Shown: in pieces, positions 8,288 to 17,357 of the stretch | Layout: each line of letters begins with the position of its first letter | Position numbering within the stretch: position 1 is the first letter of the stretch | Virus record (IMG/VR): IMGVR_UViG_3300033149_001248 | Span: 1-60,850 of that record | DNA: 60,850 nucleotides | Strand: one strand, 5' to 3' | Source of the DNA: a virus | Taxonomy: Duplodnaviria > Caudoviricetes | Position numbers and translations under genes: made by a program | Notes under the pieces: model-generated | The model's database searches: none | What the model saw: the letters and a program-made list of their open reading frames with translations, nothing else | What the model was told of the DNA's origin: nothing

Positions 8288-8993
8288 CTTTCCCGATGTA
8301 GTAGTGGCCCGATAGGTGCGACTTCCACTTGCAGAAAACCGTTTCCGTTTCCTGAACGTTCAGCCCCCGTTCGCCTCTGGGAGGCGCTAGTCGTTCGCCC
8401 AACCCGTCGAGTAGGTATCTATGAGCGTCAACTAGCGTTCCCCCGCCTAGGTATCGTTCGGCTACTAGATTTGCCCCCTGCTTTGATGTAACGAACATGT
8501 CGTCCAGGTCGGCTTCGCTAAACTCGATGGGCGCTATAGCTAGTCGCTCTAGCATATCGGGAACCTTCCACTTAATCCACTCGCCAAACCCCGGCAACTC
8601 CGTTACCCGTCGCATCACGTCTCCGGCCTTCGGCCCGGCTTCGATCAACCAGTCAATAACGGCTCCCGCCCCCTGGGGGAAACGATTGCGTAGATACCCG
8701 ATAGCCCGTTTGGCTATCCGCCCCCGGAAGTGCCTACGCTCAACCCCTCTAGGCCAATGGGTTCCGCCTTCGACTATAGCCATCATACCCTTCCAATACT
8801 CAGTCGAGTCGGCTATCTCGCTAACGATACCACAGACCCCGGGATGGTAGTAGCACCAGTAGGTTACTAGCCAACGACGTAGCTGGTCCGGGGGTAGCTC
8901 CGCTTTCCAGAGCGCTACGTACAGAGGATCAAGGTCCAGGGTATCGACTAGCCGCTGGCCAAACTCGATGGCCGGTAAAGCGTCTTTGTTCAT
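8202..8993 (-). CDS. Amino acid:DNA transferase (aGPT-Pplase2 family)
   Basis: DLDPLY, WPRGVERRHFRG, FGEWIKWKVPDMLER, QETETVFCKWKSH; likely start MNKDAL. Confidence 0.85.
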   Translation of the reverse strand: MNKDALPAIEFGQRLVDTLDLDPLYVALWKAELPPDQLRRWLVTYWCYYHPGVCGIVSEIADSTEYWKGMMAIVEGGTHWPRGVERRHFRGRIAKRAIGYLRNRFPQGAGAVIDWLIEAGPKAGDVMRRVTELPGFGEWIKWKVPDMLERLAIAPIEFSEADLDDMFVTSKQGANLVAERYLGGGTLVDAHRYLLDGLGERLAPPRGERGLNVQETETVFCKWKSHLSGHYYIGKDVHDIRKALLRYAKTRTNQRLLQHLPTL

Positions 8994-9007
8994 CGTTCGG
9001 TCTCCCG

Positions 9008-10327
9008 TTAGATACCCCGCCAGGGTCGTTGAAGGTCTTTCAGTCGCAGCTTCCGCGCTTCGCCCATGAGCGTATCTCCGCATGGGGGCACATCTCCCTC
9101 ATGCTCTACGCAATACAAGCATCCCGACGGCGGGCAGCAGTCTAGGGGCTGGAACGGCTCATCGAGTGAGTGGCGTCGATAGACGGGCACGGCCGGTCCA
9201 TGACACTGAGCCGCTGTCGTGAATCGAGGCCCAAGGCTTGCTAGTGGTTCCCCTTTCCCCGTTGAGCAATACTCGTAGCATAGCCCGTAGGTTAGCCCTA
9301 ATCGTCTAGCCGCGGCCCGAAGTCGCTTATGGGCGCGTATCCGATAGTCTTCGTCAACGGTTCGCTGCCCGCCGATGTTCTGATTGAACAACCGCTCGAA
9401 CTGCTTACCTCGCTTGCCAAACACTCGTATCATCCGGCTAACCAACGTTGGTGCCCAGGAGAAACCAGCCTCCACAAACTTAACGATCACGTGGTCGGCT
9501 CCGGCATCGGCTAGCATGCGGAACAACTCGACTAGCTGATCGTTGCTAGTGACTCCGGGGATGACCGGATTAACCTGAATTGATACGTAGATACCAGCGT
9601 CATGTAACCGCCGAACATCCCGTAGCTGGTCGTCTAGCGGTGGAGCCCCTGGACTCATACGTCGCCAGTCATCGGGGTCCGACGTATTGATTGACTTTTG
9701 CGCATAGCTGTAGGGGTTCCGCCGTAGGAGCCCAATTGCCCAGGTTGGGTAGGTTAACCGGCTTAGGAAGAAAATTGGCAGCCCTCGATTAACGAACGCT
9801 CCGGCCGTTCGCATCGAGTTACCATACCACGATTCTAGCGGATTGAACGGGTCGTGAAAGCTAGTAATGTATCCGGCGGCAGCCCTATAGCAACGGTCTA
9901 GCTCCCGACCGACTTGCTCCCCGTAGTTAACTGGAACGGTTACTAGCCCCGTGCCCCGATAGCCGCGCACCCCGGCGTTGACGTAGCAATGAATACATCG
10001 CACGGGACAATAGCCCCCGTATGGCTCGGTCAGTAGCGCTTCAGTATAGCAAGGTCGAGGCCGTACCCCGGCCGGTTCGTGCTTCGACTTGTACCAGCCC
10101 TGAATCGACTTCCCCCGCTCTAACCGAATATGCGGGTAGGGGTCTAGATACACCTTGACGCGCATCTTTTCCTTGGCGTTTCGCACCATACCTATCTCCG
10201 CCCATCGTACTCGCATCTTCCGGCGGAGTAGGGGGTCATCCTCTAGCTCGATTGGGCCTAGGTACTTGCAAGGCTCCGGTCGCATGAAGTAGGCATAGCC
10301 GGTTTCGTCAGTCTTGGTTTTTGGCAT
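9008..10327 (-). CDS. Radical SAM enzyme (hypermodification isomerase-like)
   Basis: PYGGYCPVRCIHCY CxxxCxxC; VNPVIPG; Cys-rich C-terminus. Confidence 0.85.
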   Translation of the reverse strand: MPKTKTDETGYAYFMRPEPCKYLGPIELEDDPLLRRKMRVRWAEIGMVRNAKEKMRVKVYLDPYPHIRLERGKSIQGWYKSKHEPAGVRPRPCYTEALLTEPYGGYCPVRCIHCYVNAGVRGYRGTGLVTVPVNYGEQVGRELDRCYRAAAGYITSFHDPFNPLESWYGNSMRTAGAFVNRGLPIFFLSRLTYPTWAIGLLRRNPYSYAQKSINTSDPDDWRRMSPGAPPLDDQLRDVRRLHDAGIYVSIQVNPVIPGVTSNDQLVELFRMLADAGADHVIVKFVEAGFSWAPTLVSRMIRVFGKRGKQFERLFNQNIGGQRTVDEDYRIRAHKRLRAAARRLGLTYGLCYEYCSTGKGEPLASLGPRFTTAAQCHGPAVPVYRRHSLDEPFQPLDCCPPSGCLYCVEHEGDVPPCGDTLMGEARKLRLKDLQRPWRGI

Positions 10328-10874
10328 TGATCGACTCCCTTATCCAACGCAGTATTAGGTCAGGGGCCTGTTCGCAGGTAACTCGCCGACACTCGACCCC
10401 AGCCTCGGTAAGCCTCTGTCTAGCCCGCTCAATAACCTTCACCCGCCTAACCGTCTTAAACGTATTCAGTGGCTTCGTATTTCCAACACTCAACCGCCGT
10501 TTCCGTATCCGCTCTAGACAGGTGTCTATCGGGGTGGTCAGAAACACAACCTTGAGCCGATTCAACTGTGAACTCCACTTAACATCTTCGCTCAGTAATA
10601 GCCCCTCCGCGAGAACAACGGCGGGGTCGTGCTCGGTTATCACCTGTTGAATCAGCTGGTAGATAGCTCGGGCGTTTCCTATCGTATCCCCGCCACCGGA
10701 AGGGCTTTCGTAATGGCCTAATACGATTATACCCTCACTCTTGTAGTACAAAGGGTTTCGCCGTCGGGGTCGATACACGGGATACAGGGTTCGGTTTAAT
10801 CGTTTCAAGACTTCACGCATGACGGTGCTTTTGCCGGAACCCGATGTTCCTCGAATCTGAATCACGGTGGTCAT
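10308..10874 (-). CDS. P-loop nucleotide kinase (candidate 5-hmdUMP kinase)
   Basis: IRGTSGSGKST Walker A; CLERIRKRR lid. Confidence 0.8.
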   Translation of the reverse strand: MTTVIQIRGTSGSGKSTVMREVLKRLNRTLYPVYRPRRRNPLYYKSEGIIVLGHYESPSGGGDTIGNARAIYQLIQQVITEHDPAVVLAEGLLLSEDVKWSSQLNRLKVVFLTTPIDTCLERIRKRRLSVGNTKPLNTFKTVRRVKVIERARQRLTEAGVECRRVTCEQAPDLILRWIRESINAKNQD

Positions 10875-10876
10875 GG

Positions 10877-11725
10877 CTAATTCTCCACACGATAGATTCT
10901 CTTAGGTCGGCCCTGATTAAACAGCGTCCGTTCGTATCGGTCAAACTCGCACAGGCAATTCTGCCAGTCAATCGCTTCCATGCGTCGGGTTAGTCCTCTA
11001 GGTAGCTTCGGTTCTAGGTTGTTTATTAGCTCAGTGAGGTAGCTCTCAAACGCCTCTTGGTTTAGGGGATGATTCAGGCGTCGCTCTAGAACACGATTCA
11101 ATCCACGACGGGAACCCGGACCCATCGGCGCCCATACCCGGCGGTCTTTCCACTGGCCGGTTAGAGCTAAGCGCAGGTCAGCCGTAATTTGCCCAGCCAT
11201 AAACGATCCCATGCCGCGTCGAGGCACCAGCGCAGCCCAGGTCTCCCGCATGCTGTCGGTATTGATCGGTGGAGGATTGTCGGCTAGAGGACAGACCGTA
11301 TAATCAACGACGCACGATACCTTGTCTGTCCCATCGTTACCCCTGACCATATAGGCGCCGTTGAAAATCGTGTTGCCCTGACGTCTGTAGGCCCGTAGTT
11401 GTTGCTTTACCCGCTCCGGCTCCCATGTCTCCGGGAACCCGATTAGCTCTAGGGTCTCCGGCCGGTTGAAGAATCTCGCTAGCGCGCAGGCGATTAGCAT
11501 ATTGGGATGGTCTTTATAGGGATTATACCAGTGGCGGATCAGCCACCGACTAACCCGGTCATCCCGTCGGATAACATTACAGAAACGATAACGCCTCAGA
11601 ATCGGATCATCCGTCCAGGGCCAGGGTTCCCCGGCCTCTTTACGCTGGCGGATAGTCTCCCGTTCCCGAATCCAATAGACTAGCCGATCAATCGGCCGCA
11701 GCTTCGCTACCCGTTCCAGGTCCAT
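10877..11725 (-). CDS. 5-hydroxymethyluracil DNA kinase (5-HMUDK, aGPT-Pplase1 family)
   Basis: ERETIR..KEAGEPWPWTDDPIL.RYRFCNV.R.DDRVS; GPGSRRGL; QNCLCEFDRY. Confidence 0.9.
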   Translation of the reverse strand: MDLERVAKLRPIDRLVYWIRERETIRQRKEAGEPWPWTDDPILRRYRFCNVIRRDDRVSRWLIRHWYNPYKDHPNMLIACALARFFNRPETLELIGFPETWEPERVKQQLRAYRRQGNTIFNGAYMVRGNDGTDKVSCVVDYTVCPLADNPPPINTDSMRETWAALVPRRGMGSFMAGQITADLRLALTGQWKDRRVWAPMGPGSRRGLNRVLERRLNHPLNQEAFESYLTELINNLEPKLPRGLTRRMEAIDWQNCLCEFDRYERTLFNQGRPKRIYRVEN

Positions 11726-11755
11726 GGCTTCCTCCAAATAGTCGTCTAGGATGTG

Positions 11756-13894
11756 TTAGGCATCGTCTAACGGGCTTCCGTCGGAACCTAGCCGAATCCC
11801 CTCACTCCAGTTGTCGCTGTGGTATTCGATACCTACGGGCGTGGGAACCCCTATATCATCCCCGACCCGCTCCATAAGCCGTCGAATCTTCATGATCTTC
11901 GGCAGGTTTTCCCGCCAAGGCTCTGGCCCCCGGCCCCTGGGAAAGTCGAAGACCAATTCATCGTGTACCTGAATCACCATATAGTAGCCCCTAGGGTCTT
12001 TCCGATTCAGCATATTTAGATACCAAAAGCAGTTAATCATTGCTTTCATCATCCACCAGCAAGCCGTTCCCTGTACCCGATAATTCAGAGGAACCGTCGG
12101 CCGAACCCCGCCCCACCTGGTGCGTTCGCAGACTAGGGGATAACCTCGTTTCGGGTCCACGGTTTTATCGGGGAACGTTTCCACGTAGCCGTTCTCATCA
12201 GCAAACCGAATCGACTCTTGATTCAACTGGTGTATCTGCTTAAACCGTTTCTGAATCTTCGCCTGCGCCCCCTTAACGTGGTAAGCACGGTCGGCGGTTC
12301 CGCTCGATTCGACGGCCCCGTATTGTACAGCAAAATTGCCGTTTTTCACCCACTGGTACCAGGTAGCCTTGTATTTTTTCTTGAACAACCGACCATCTAT
12401 CTCACCATCCGGACCCCGGCATTCCTCGAACAACTCGGGGTGGAGGATATGCGCCACTAGTAGATGATAGCTCCCGTAGTACGGTGGCTCACCGGGCCGC
12501 TCGAACAAACGGATCATCTCCCGTTCGCCCGCTTTGTAGGCGGGTATGCGTAGCTCGATATTCTCCGCGTCCAGCGACCACCACTCCCGCCCCGGCCCTG
12601 GGCCGAAACAGTAGCGTAGGTTGAAGCCTTCCTGCTTGCTGATATTTTGTTCGTTAGGGTTCTGACTCGACCACCGCAACGTGTTTGTTCCCGTCGGGTT
12701 AAGACTCGGGTGAAGCACCATCCAACCTTCGTCATCCGTCGGTAGCCAAAACCGCTCGTAGCCCTTTAGGTAGTTGATCGCCGTATCCCGTTTCCGTTTC
12801 TCCGCTAGGGCTTTCAGGAACCGATAGGCATCGGATTCCGGGGGTAGCCGGTCTAGGTAGCTCGATATAGCATACTTGTTTAGCTGTAGCTGCCCCGTCT
12901 TCGATGAACGGAGAATCGCTTTTGAGCCGATAGTTTCTCCCATCGTTCCCGCCCGGTCCCAGGGGGCTTGTTCGGCTAGACGATCTACGTCAACCAACGC
13001 TTCGGTCAACAATCGTTCCGCCACCGCTAGCAACGAGCGGTTGTTTCCCGCCCGGGGTAGCTCTAGCTCCATCCCATGACGGGTGGCTATCGCTTTACAA
13101 CGGTTGCCGAACCGGCGGCTTTCGCGCTGGTAACGCATCCGTAGTTGTCGGAGTCTCGGGCGGTTTACGGTGATCCCTCGCCGTTCCATAGCGCAGACTA
13201 TCGGCAGAACCTTCAGCCGCTCCCTGTAGATACGCACCAATCTCCGTTGCCAAATCAATCGACGCTGTACCCGCCAAAGGGCTAGCGTCGTTGCGCTATC
13301 GGCATTTGCATATTCGGCTGCTACCAGTCGCCAGGGGTGGTCCTGGGGGTAGCCCTCTAGCTCCGCTAGCTGAGCGGGCAGCCAACTATCAAACTTCCAA
13401 ACCGATTGCTTCGCGCTCGGCATATCGGGCCGTCCTGCGGCGGCTATCTGAATATCGGGGTATTGCCGGCGGGCTAGATTCCGCGCTTGCTGGACTGCTT
13501 CCGACAACCGCTTTTCGTATTCGGATATGTCCACCCCTAGATACTCCAGCGCCATGGTCGTTAGGTCGTGGGGGTGGAGGCTATTCAGCAGGTGCCCGGC
13601 TAGTAGGGTATCCCGAACCTTCGACCAATCCCAGCGAAGGTCGGGCATAATCGTCTTGAGCGCTTGATAGTCAAACTTGGCGTTCTGGAGAACAAGCACT
13701 GTTGCCCGATCTATCGCGTCCTGAATCTCCGCTAGTGAGCGTTCGTCTATCTTCGGCTCACGGGTTTGGGGATCGACCTCAAACGTCCACCACTCTTGCT
13801 CCCCGTTTGCCCAAGCCATCGTGACTAGATACGGTTTGGCTCCGTGGTAGAGGTCTAGACCAGTCGTTTCGGTATCCAGCGCAGCAGTAGTCAT
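11756..13894 (-). CDS. polA: Family A DNA polymerase with 3'-5' exonuclease
   Basis: DTETTG, NAKFD; TNTLRWSSQNPNEQNI; DAENIELR; KNGNFAVQYG; QVHDELV. Confidence 0.95.
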   Translation of the reverse strand: MTTAALDTETTGLDLYHGAKPYLVTMAWANGEQEWWTFEVDPQTREPKIDERSLAEIQDAIDRATVLVLQNAKFDYQALKTIMPDLRWDWSKVRDTLLAGHLLNSLHPHDLTTMALEYLGVDISEYEKRLSEAVQQARNLARRQYPDIQIAAAGRPDMPSAKQSVWKFDSWLPAQLAELEGYPQDHPWRLVAAEYANADSATTLALWRVQRRLIWQRRLVRIYRERLKVLPIVCAMERRGITVNRPRLRQLRMRYQRESRRFGNRCKAIATRHGMELELPRAGNNRSLLAVAERLLTEALVDVDRLAEQAPWDRAGTMGETIGSKAILRSSKTGQLQLNKYAISSYLDRLPPESDAYRFLKALAEKRKRDTAINYLKGYERFWLPTDDEGWMVLHPSLNPTGTNTLRWSSQNPNEQNISKQEGFNLRYCFGPGPGREWWSLDAENIELRIPAYKAGEREMIRLFERPGEPPYYGSYHLLVAHILHPELFEECRGPDGEIDGRLFKKKYKATWYQWVKNGNFAVQYGAVESSGTADRAYHVKGAQAKIQKRFKQIHQLNQESIRFADENGYVETFPDKTVDPKRGYPLVCERTRWGGVRPTVPLNYRVQGTACWWMMKAMINCFWYLNMLNRKDPRGYYMVIQVHDELVFDFPRGRGPEPWRENLPKIMKIRRLMERVGDDIGVPTPVGIEYHSDNWSEGIRLGSDGSPLDDA

Positions 13895-14008
13895 ACCACC
13901 CCCATCGAAGATAGAGGCGGGCGGCCAGCGACCAACCGCGACCGGGGCCGCAGGAAGCCACCGGCCGACCCGCTAAGGCAAGGAGAAACGACCATGCGCC
14001 GCACCCGG

Positions 14009-15067
14009 CTAGCCTTCGTGAAGCTCGGTCCAAGGCACGGCTTTGAACGTTCGGTTGTCGTCCAGGGCTTTGACCGTAGCCGTCTTTCGGCCAGCGAAAA
14101 CCTTGGTTACCTCAACCTCGATGGACTTGCGCGCCTTGGGCGGGCGGTACAGATAAATCTCACCAACCTCGGGCGCCCATTCCTCGGGGGATTCGTCTTC
14201 ATCCCCGTCGGCCTCATCCTCAAACGGGGCGTCATCATCCCCGTCGGCCTCATCTCCGTCGGCCCCGGCGTTTTGTACCATCTCAACTACGTCGGTCCAG
14301 GTCTCAGCCGCGTCGATCTGATCCTGGGTTAGCCCGGCCTGGAGGGCTAGCTCGTTAAGCCGGTCTGCGGCTTCCGGCACGCCACGGTCGGCCTGCTCGG
14401 CCAAAGTATCGAGGTCCGTTTCGGATTGCGTGTCTGGCCCTGTCTCGGCCTCAGAGGGGGTATTCTCGGCCCCGTCGGCTCCGTCTTCGTCCGACCCCGT
14501 AGCGTCTTCTACGGCGTCCGCTTCCCCGCCGTCCGATTCGGCGTATTCGCAGACCCCCCGCCACTGGTGCTGCACCCGCGGGTTCGGGAACTGCTCGGTG
14601 GGCGTACCCTGCCAGGTACGAAACCGGAAGTAAGGCCCGGCCTGCTTGAGCATATCAACCACGGCGTCCAAATCCTCGAACGACAACCCGGCCGTATCAA
14701 CACCGAGTTTTCGCAACTCGTTGAGGACCCAAGCCAGGTGATCCTCGACGGTTTCCCGGCTCCGTCCGGGGGTATCGCAGAGCGGTTCCATGATCGACGT
14801 TCGCAGACCCTCAATCCGAATACCATCGAACACTTTCGGTTCGACCACGACTCCGGCAGCGTAAAAGTACGGCTCACCCTCGAAGTCGCCGGATTTGTAG
14901 GTGTCAAACTTACACTCCACGAGTCGAGCAATACCGCCCTCGATCCCGGCGGGCAAGTCTCCGCCCGCTCCATAGTTGGTCTCATCGTTCTTGTGGGCAT
15001 CGAACGCTTTGCGTCCGGCTTCGCCCAGCTTCGACAACAGCTTGCTCTTGCTTCGTTGCTTAGCCAT
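14009..15067 (-). CDS. Acidic-tailed protein, probable ssDNA-binding protein
   Basis: Sits between Sak4-like ATPase and PolA; very acidic C-terminal half; start MAKQRSK overlaps upstream stop (TAATG). Confidence 0.5.
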   Translation of the reverse strand: MAKQRSKSKLLSKLGEAGRKAFDAHKNDETNYGAGGDLPAGIEGGIARLVECKFDTYKSGDFEGEPYFYAAGVVVEPKVFDGIRIEGLRTSIMEPLCDTPGRSRETVEDHLAWVLNELRKLGVDTAGLSFEDLDAVVDMLKQAGPYFRFRTWQGTPTEQFPNPRVQHQWRGVCEYAESDGGEADAVEDATGSDEDGADGAENTPSEAETGPDTQSETDLDTLAEQADRGVPEAADRLNELALQAGLTQDQIDAAETWTDVVEMVQNAGADGDEADGDDDAPFEDEADGDEDESPEEWAPEVGEIYLYRPPKARKSIEVEVTKVFAGRKTATVKALDDNRTFKAVPWTELHEG

Positions 15068-15303
15068 TACTGACCTCCAACCGATTGAGGAAACACGATC
15101 TTGACCGTGGCTTGAGAGGCGTGTAAATCGTTTGTTTCTAACGCATCCACCCCCAGCCACACTTCATCGTCTAGACGGTTCTCCCGTCTTTCTACGCTAA
15201 CGACCGTTACACGAATCGCCTTCGGTACGCGACGGTTCGGGGCTTCGCTACCTTGAATCGGCAGCACTAGGTCTTCGTTTCGTACTAGCTTGACCACTTT
15301 CAT
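15067..15303 (-). CDS. Hypothetical protein
   Basis: Translationally coupled to both neighbours. Confidence 0.6.
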   Translation of the reverse strand: MKVVKLVRNEDLVLPIQGSEAPNRRVPKAIRVTVVSVERRENRLDDEVWLGVDALETNDLHASQATVKIVFPQSVGGQ

Positions 15304-16190
15304 CGTTTCTTCCCTTTGCTCTTGCTGCTAGCGGTCGATTGCCCCTTTACCAGTTTGATAAACTTATCATACGTCGGATCCACAATTACGTCTGGGAGCA
15401 CCGTACCACGGGGAATCCGAAACTTTGTTATGTACACATCATGAGGGCCGGTTCGCAAACAGTATTCTACCCCGGAGCCACGAGCCATCGTAACGACTTC
15501 CTTGCCCCCTATTGTAGCCCGTTTCTCGACCATGCGCGGACGGATAAACGTTTGGCAGATGTAGTCACAAGCTGGGTTTAGCCAACCCATAACGCTCGGA
15601 GTTAGTGCGCTGCCGACGTAGGGGGTTAGTAACTCGCCACTTTCCTCGACGTTGAACTCCCGCTCCTGAGCAACGATAACAACGTTGCAGGGTAGGTTGA
15701 GCAACGCCCGCAGTAGCTCCTTCATCTGAAGCGAACACTGACCCCAGTCCTCGCGCTTCGCCATCCCCCAGCTTTTCTGGGCAGGTAGCTCGTCCAACCC
15801 TAGTATCTCCTTGAGCACTAGGTCTTGGAGGCCCGTAGCATGATCGAGCACAACGGTTTGGTACTTCCCGGATTCGACTATGTGGTCGGTCAGGGGCCGT
15901 ATCTCCGATGACTCTTGGAGCGCTACTTGGTCAATCGTTTTGCGATACTCGGGGGTGTCGATGGACAACAACTCACCCGGTTGCGAACCGCCCGAAGCGA
16001 TGACGGCCAGAATCGGTTTCGGAAACGTGGCCCAAAACGTAGTCTTACCCGTTCCGCTCCGGCCGTAAAGACTCAGTTTGATTCCCTCGCTCAACGGCTT
16101 CAGGGGGGCAATCCTTGCAACCACGTCATTCGACGCCCGCTGCTTAGACTTTCTACCCCCGCTAGCGCTCACTCTACTGACTTTAGGCAT
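15300..16190 (-). CDS. AAA_24/Sak4-like ATPase (recombination)
   Basis: YGRSGTGKTT, VVLDHAT, VVIVAQE. Confidence 0.85.
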   Translation of the reverse strand: MPKVSRVSASGGRKSKQRASNDVVARIAPLKPLSEGIKLSLYGRSGTGKTTFWATFPKPILAVIASGGSQPGELLSIDTPEYRKTIDQVALQESSEIRPLTDHIVESGKYQTVVLDHATGLQDLVLKEILGLDELPAQKSWGMAKREDWGQCSLQMKELLRALLNLPCNVVIVAQEREFNVEESGELLTPYVGSALTPSVMGWLNPACDYICQTFIRPRMVEKRATIGGKEVVTMARGSGVEYCLRTGPHDVYITKFRIPRGTVLPDVIVDPTYDKFIKLVKGQSTASSKSKGKKR

Positions 16191-16198
16191 GATACACC

Positions 16199-17251
16199 TC
16201 ACAATTCGGGGAACAACGTATCAATCCGCCGCAGCCCGGCGGTCGAACCCGTATCCAGGTATTCATCCAAATCCGTTCCGCCACCATCGGCCAACGGGTT
16301 GTAAATCCCATAGGGCGTCCGCCAGTGGTAGCGGTTCGTTTTCTTGATCACTTTCCAAACGTACCAATCCCAAATGTTCTCCAAGACCGGCTCTAAAAAC
16401 TCTATCCAGAATCGGTATAGGTGACGGCCGGGTACTTCGACTTCCCATCGCATGAAGTAGTGCTCTGGCTCACCCCGGATAAGACCTCCTAACCGTTCGT
16501 AAAACTCATCCGTTGACTCACCCTTACGTTGGCGAATCGAGTGTTTACCCCCGGCTAGCGGTCGGCGGACAACGTTGTATATTACCCCGGCCGGAGCCTT
16601 CGGAAGTTTAGGCTCAAGCCGCTGCCGTCGGTGCTCCTGAAGGGCGAATAGATAGAGGCCCGTTTGTAGGTCGAACAGCAGCTGGCGTTGTAGCCGTTCC
16701 GGCTCGACTTGCCCCTTGGTTTTATGCTCGCGCAGGTAGAGTTTGTTTCGCAACAGGTCAACCCCGTCCCACTTACCCCGTAGTCTAACCCGACGGCCGG
16801 AACCTAGCTGGACGGTAACGTCAAACGTAGTTTCCTGGAGCAGGGGCTTTCGGTTCACGGCGGTATCCCGATGTTCCCAATACTCCAGATAGGCCGGGAA
16901 CTGTACGCAACAGACCCGATACCAGTGTTCGATCTGGGGGGAACTATCCGGGTACCGACGCATGAGGCCTCGGCAGTAGTCGGCTAATGGCTTCCGCCAA
17001 TCGCCGTCTTTTGCCCAACCGGCTTCGGCCGTATGCCACATCTGGCCATACTCGATACGGTGGTTGAACTGATCAACGGGAGCAAGACCCTCCATAACCT
17101 GGACTCGGAACCGCTCCCGACAAATCAAGAATAGGTTAATCATCGACTGGGTTAGACCATCCTCCTCCGGCCCCTGCCACGGCCGAAACCCGGTCCGTTC
17201 CCTGGCTTGAACATTCTCCAAAGACGCCTTTAGCTTGCTCGGTAAAGCCAT
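16199..17251 (-). CDS. PD-(D/E)XK exonuclease (Cas4/RecB-like)
   Basis: LRGKWDGV...EHKT...QTGLY. Confidence 0.8.
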   Translation of the reverse strand: MALPSKLKASLENVQARERTGFRPWQGPEEDGLTQSMINLFLICRERFRVQVMEGLAPVDQFNHRIEYGQMWHTAEAGWAKDGDWRKPLADYCRGLMRRYPDSSPQIEHWYRVCCVQFPAYLEYWEHRDTAVNRKPLLQETTFDVTVQLGSGRRVRLRGKWDGVDLLRNKLYLREHKTKGQVEPERLQRQLLFDLQTGLYLFALQEHRRQRLEPKLPKAPAGVIYNVVRRPLAGGKHSIRQRKGESTDEFYERLGGLIRGEPEHYFMRWEVEVPGRHLYRFWIEFLEPVLENIWDWYVWKVIKKTNRYHWRTPYGIYNPLADGGGTDLDEYLDTGSTAGLRRIDTLFPEL

Positions 17252-17357
17252 AGTCTCGCTCCACTCCAAGTGGCCCTTGGGGGGATTCTCGGGCCGCGCC
17301 CCAACGTCCGATAATGTTTCTTACGTTCGGTCGCAGACCCGCTTTTCCCCGAGAATC

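Noticed and set aside
13994-14332. Plus-strand ORF with a good AGGAG RBS antisense to the SSB-like gene
   Set aside because: Almost wholly overlaps a real gene and has no recognisable features; kept only as part of the anti-SD observation
16199-17251. Cas4 as part of a CRISPR system
   Set aside because: Context (Sak4-like ATPase, SSB-like protein, PolA) indicates a phage recombination exonuclease
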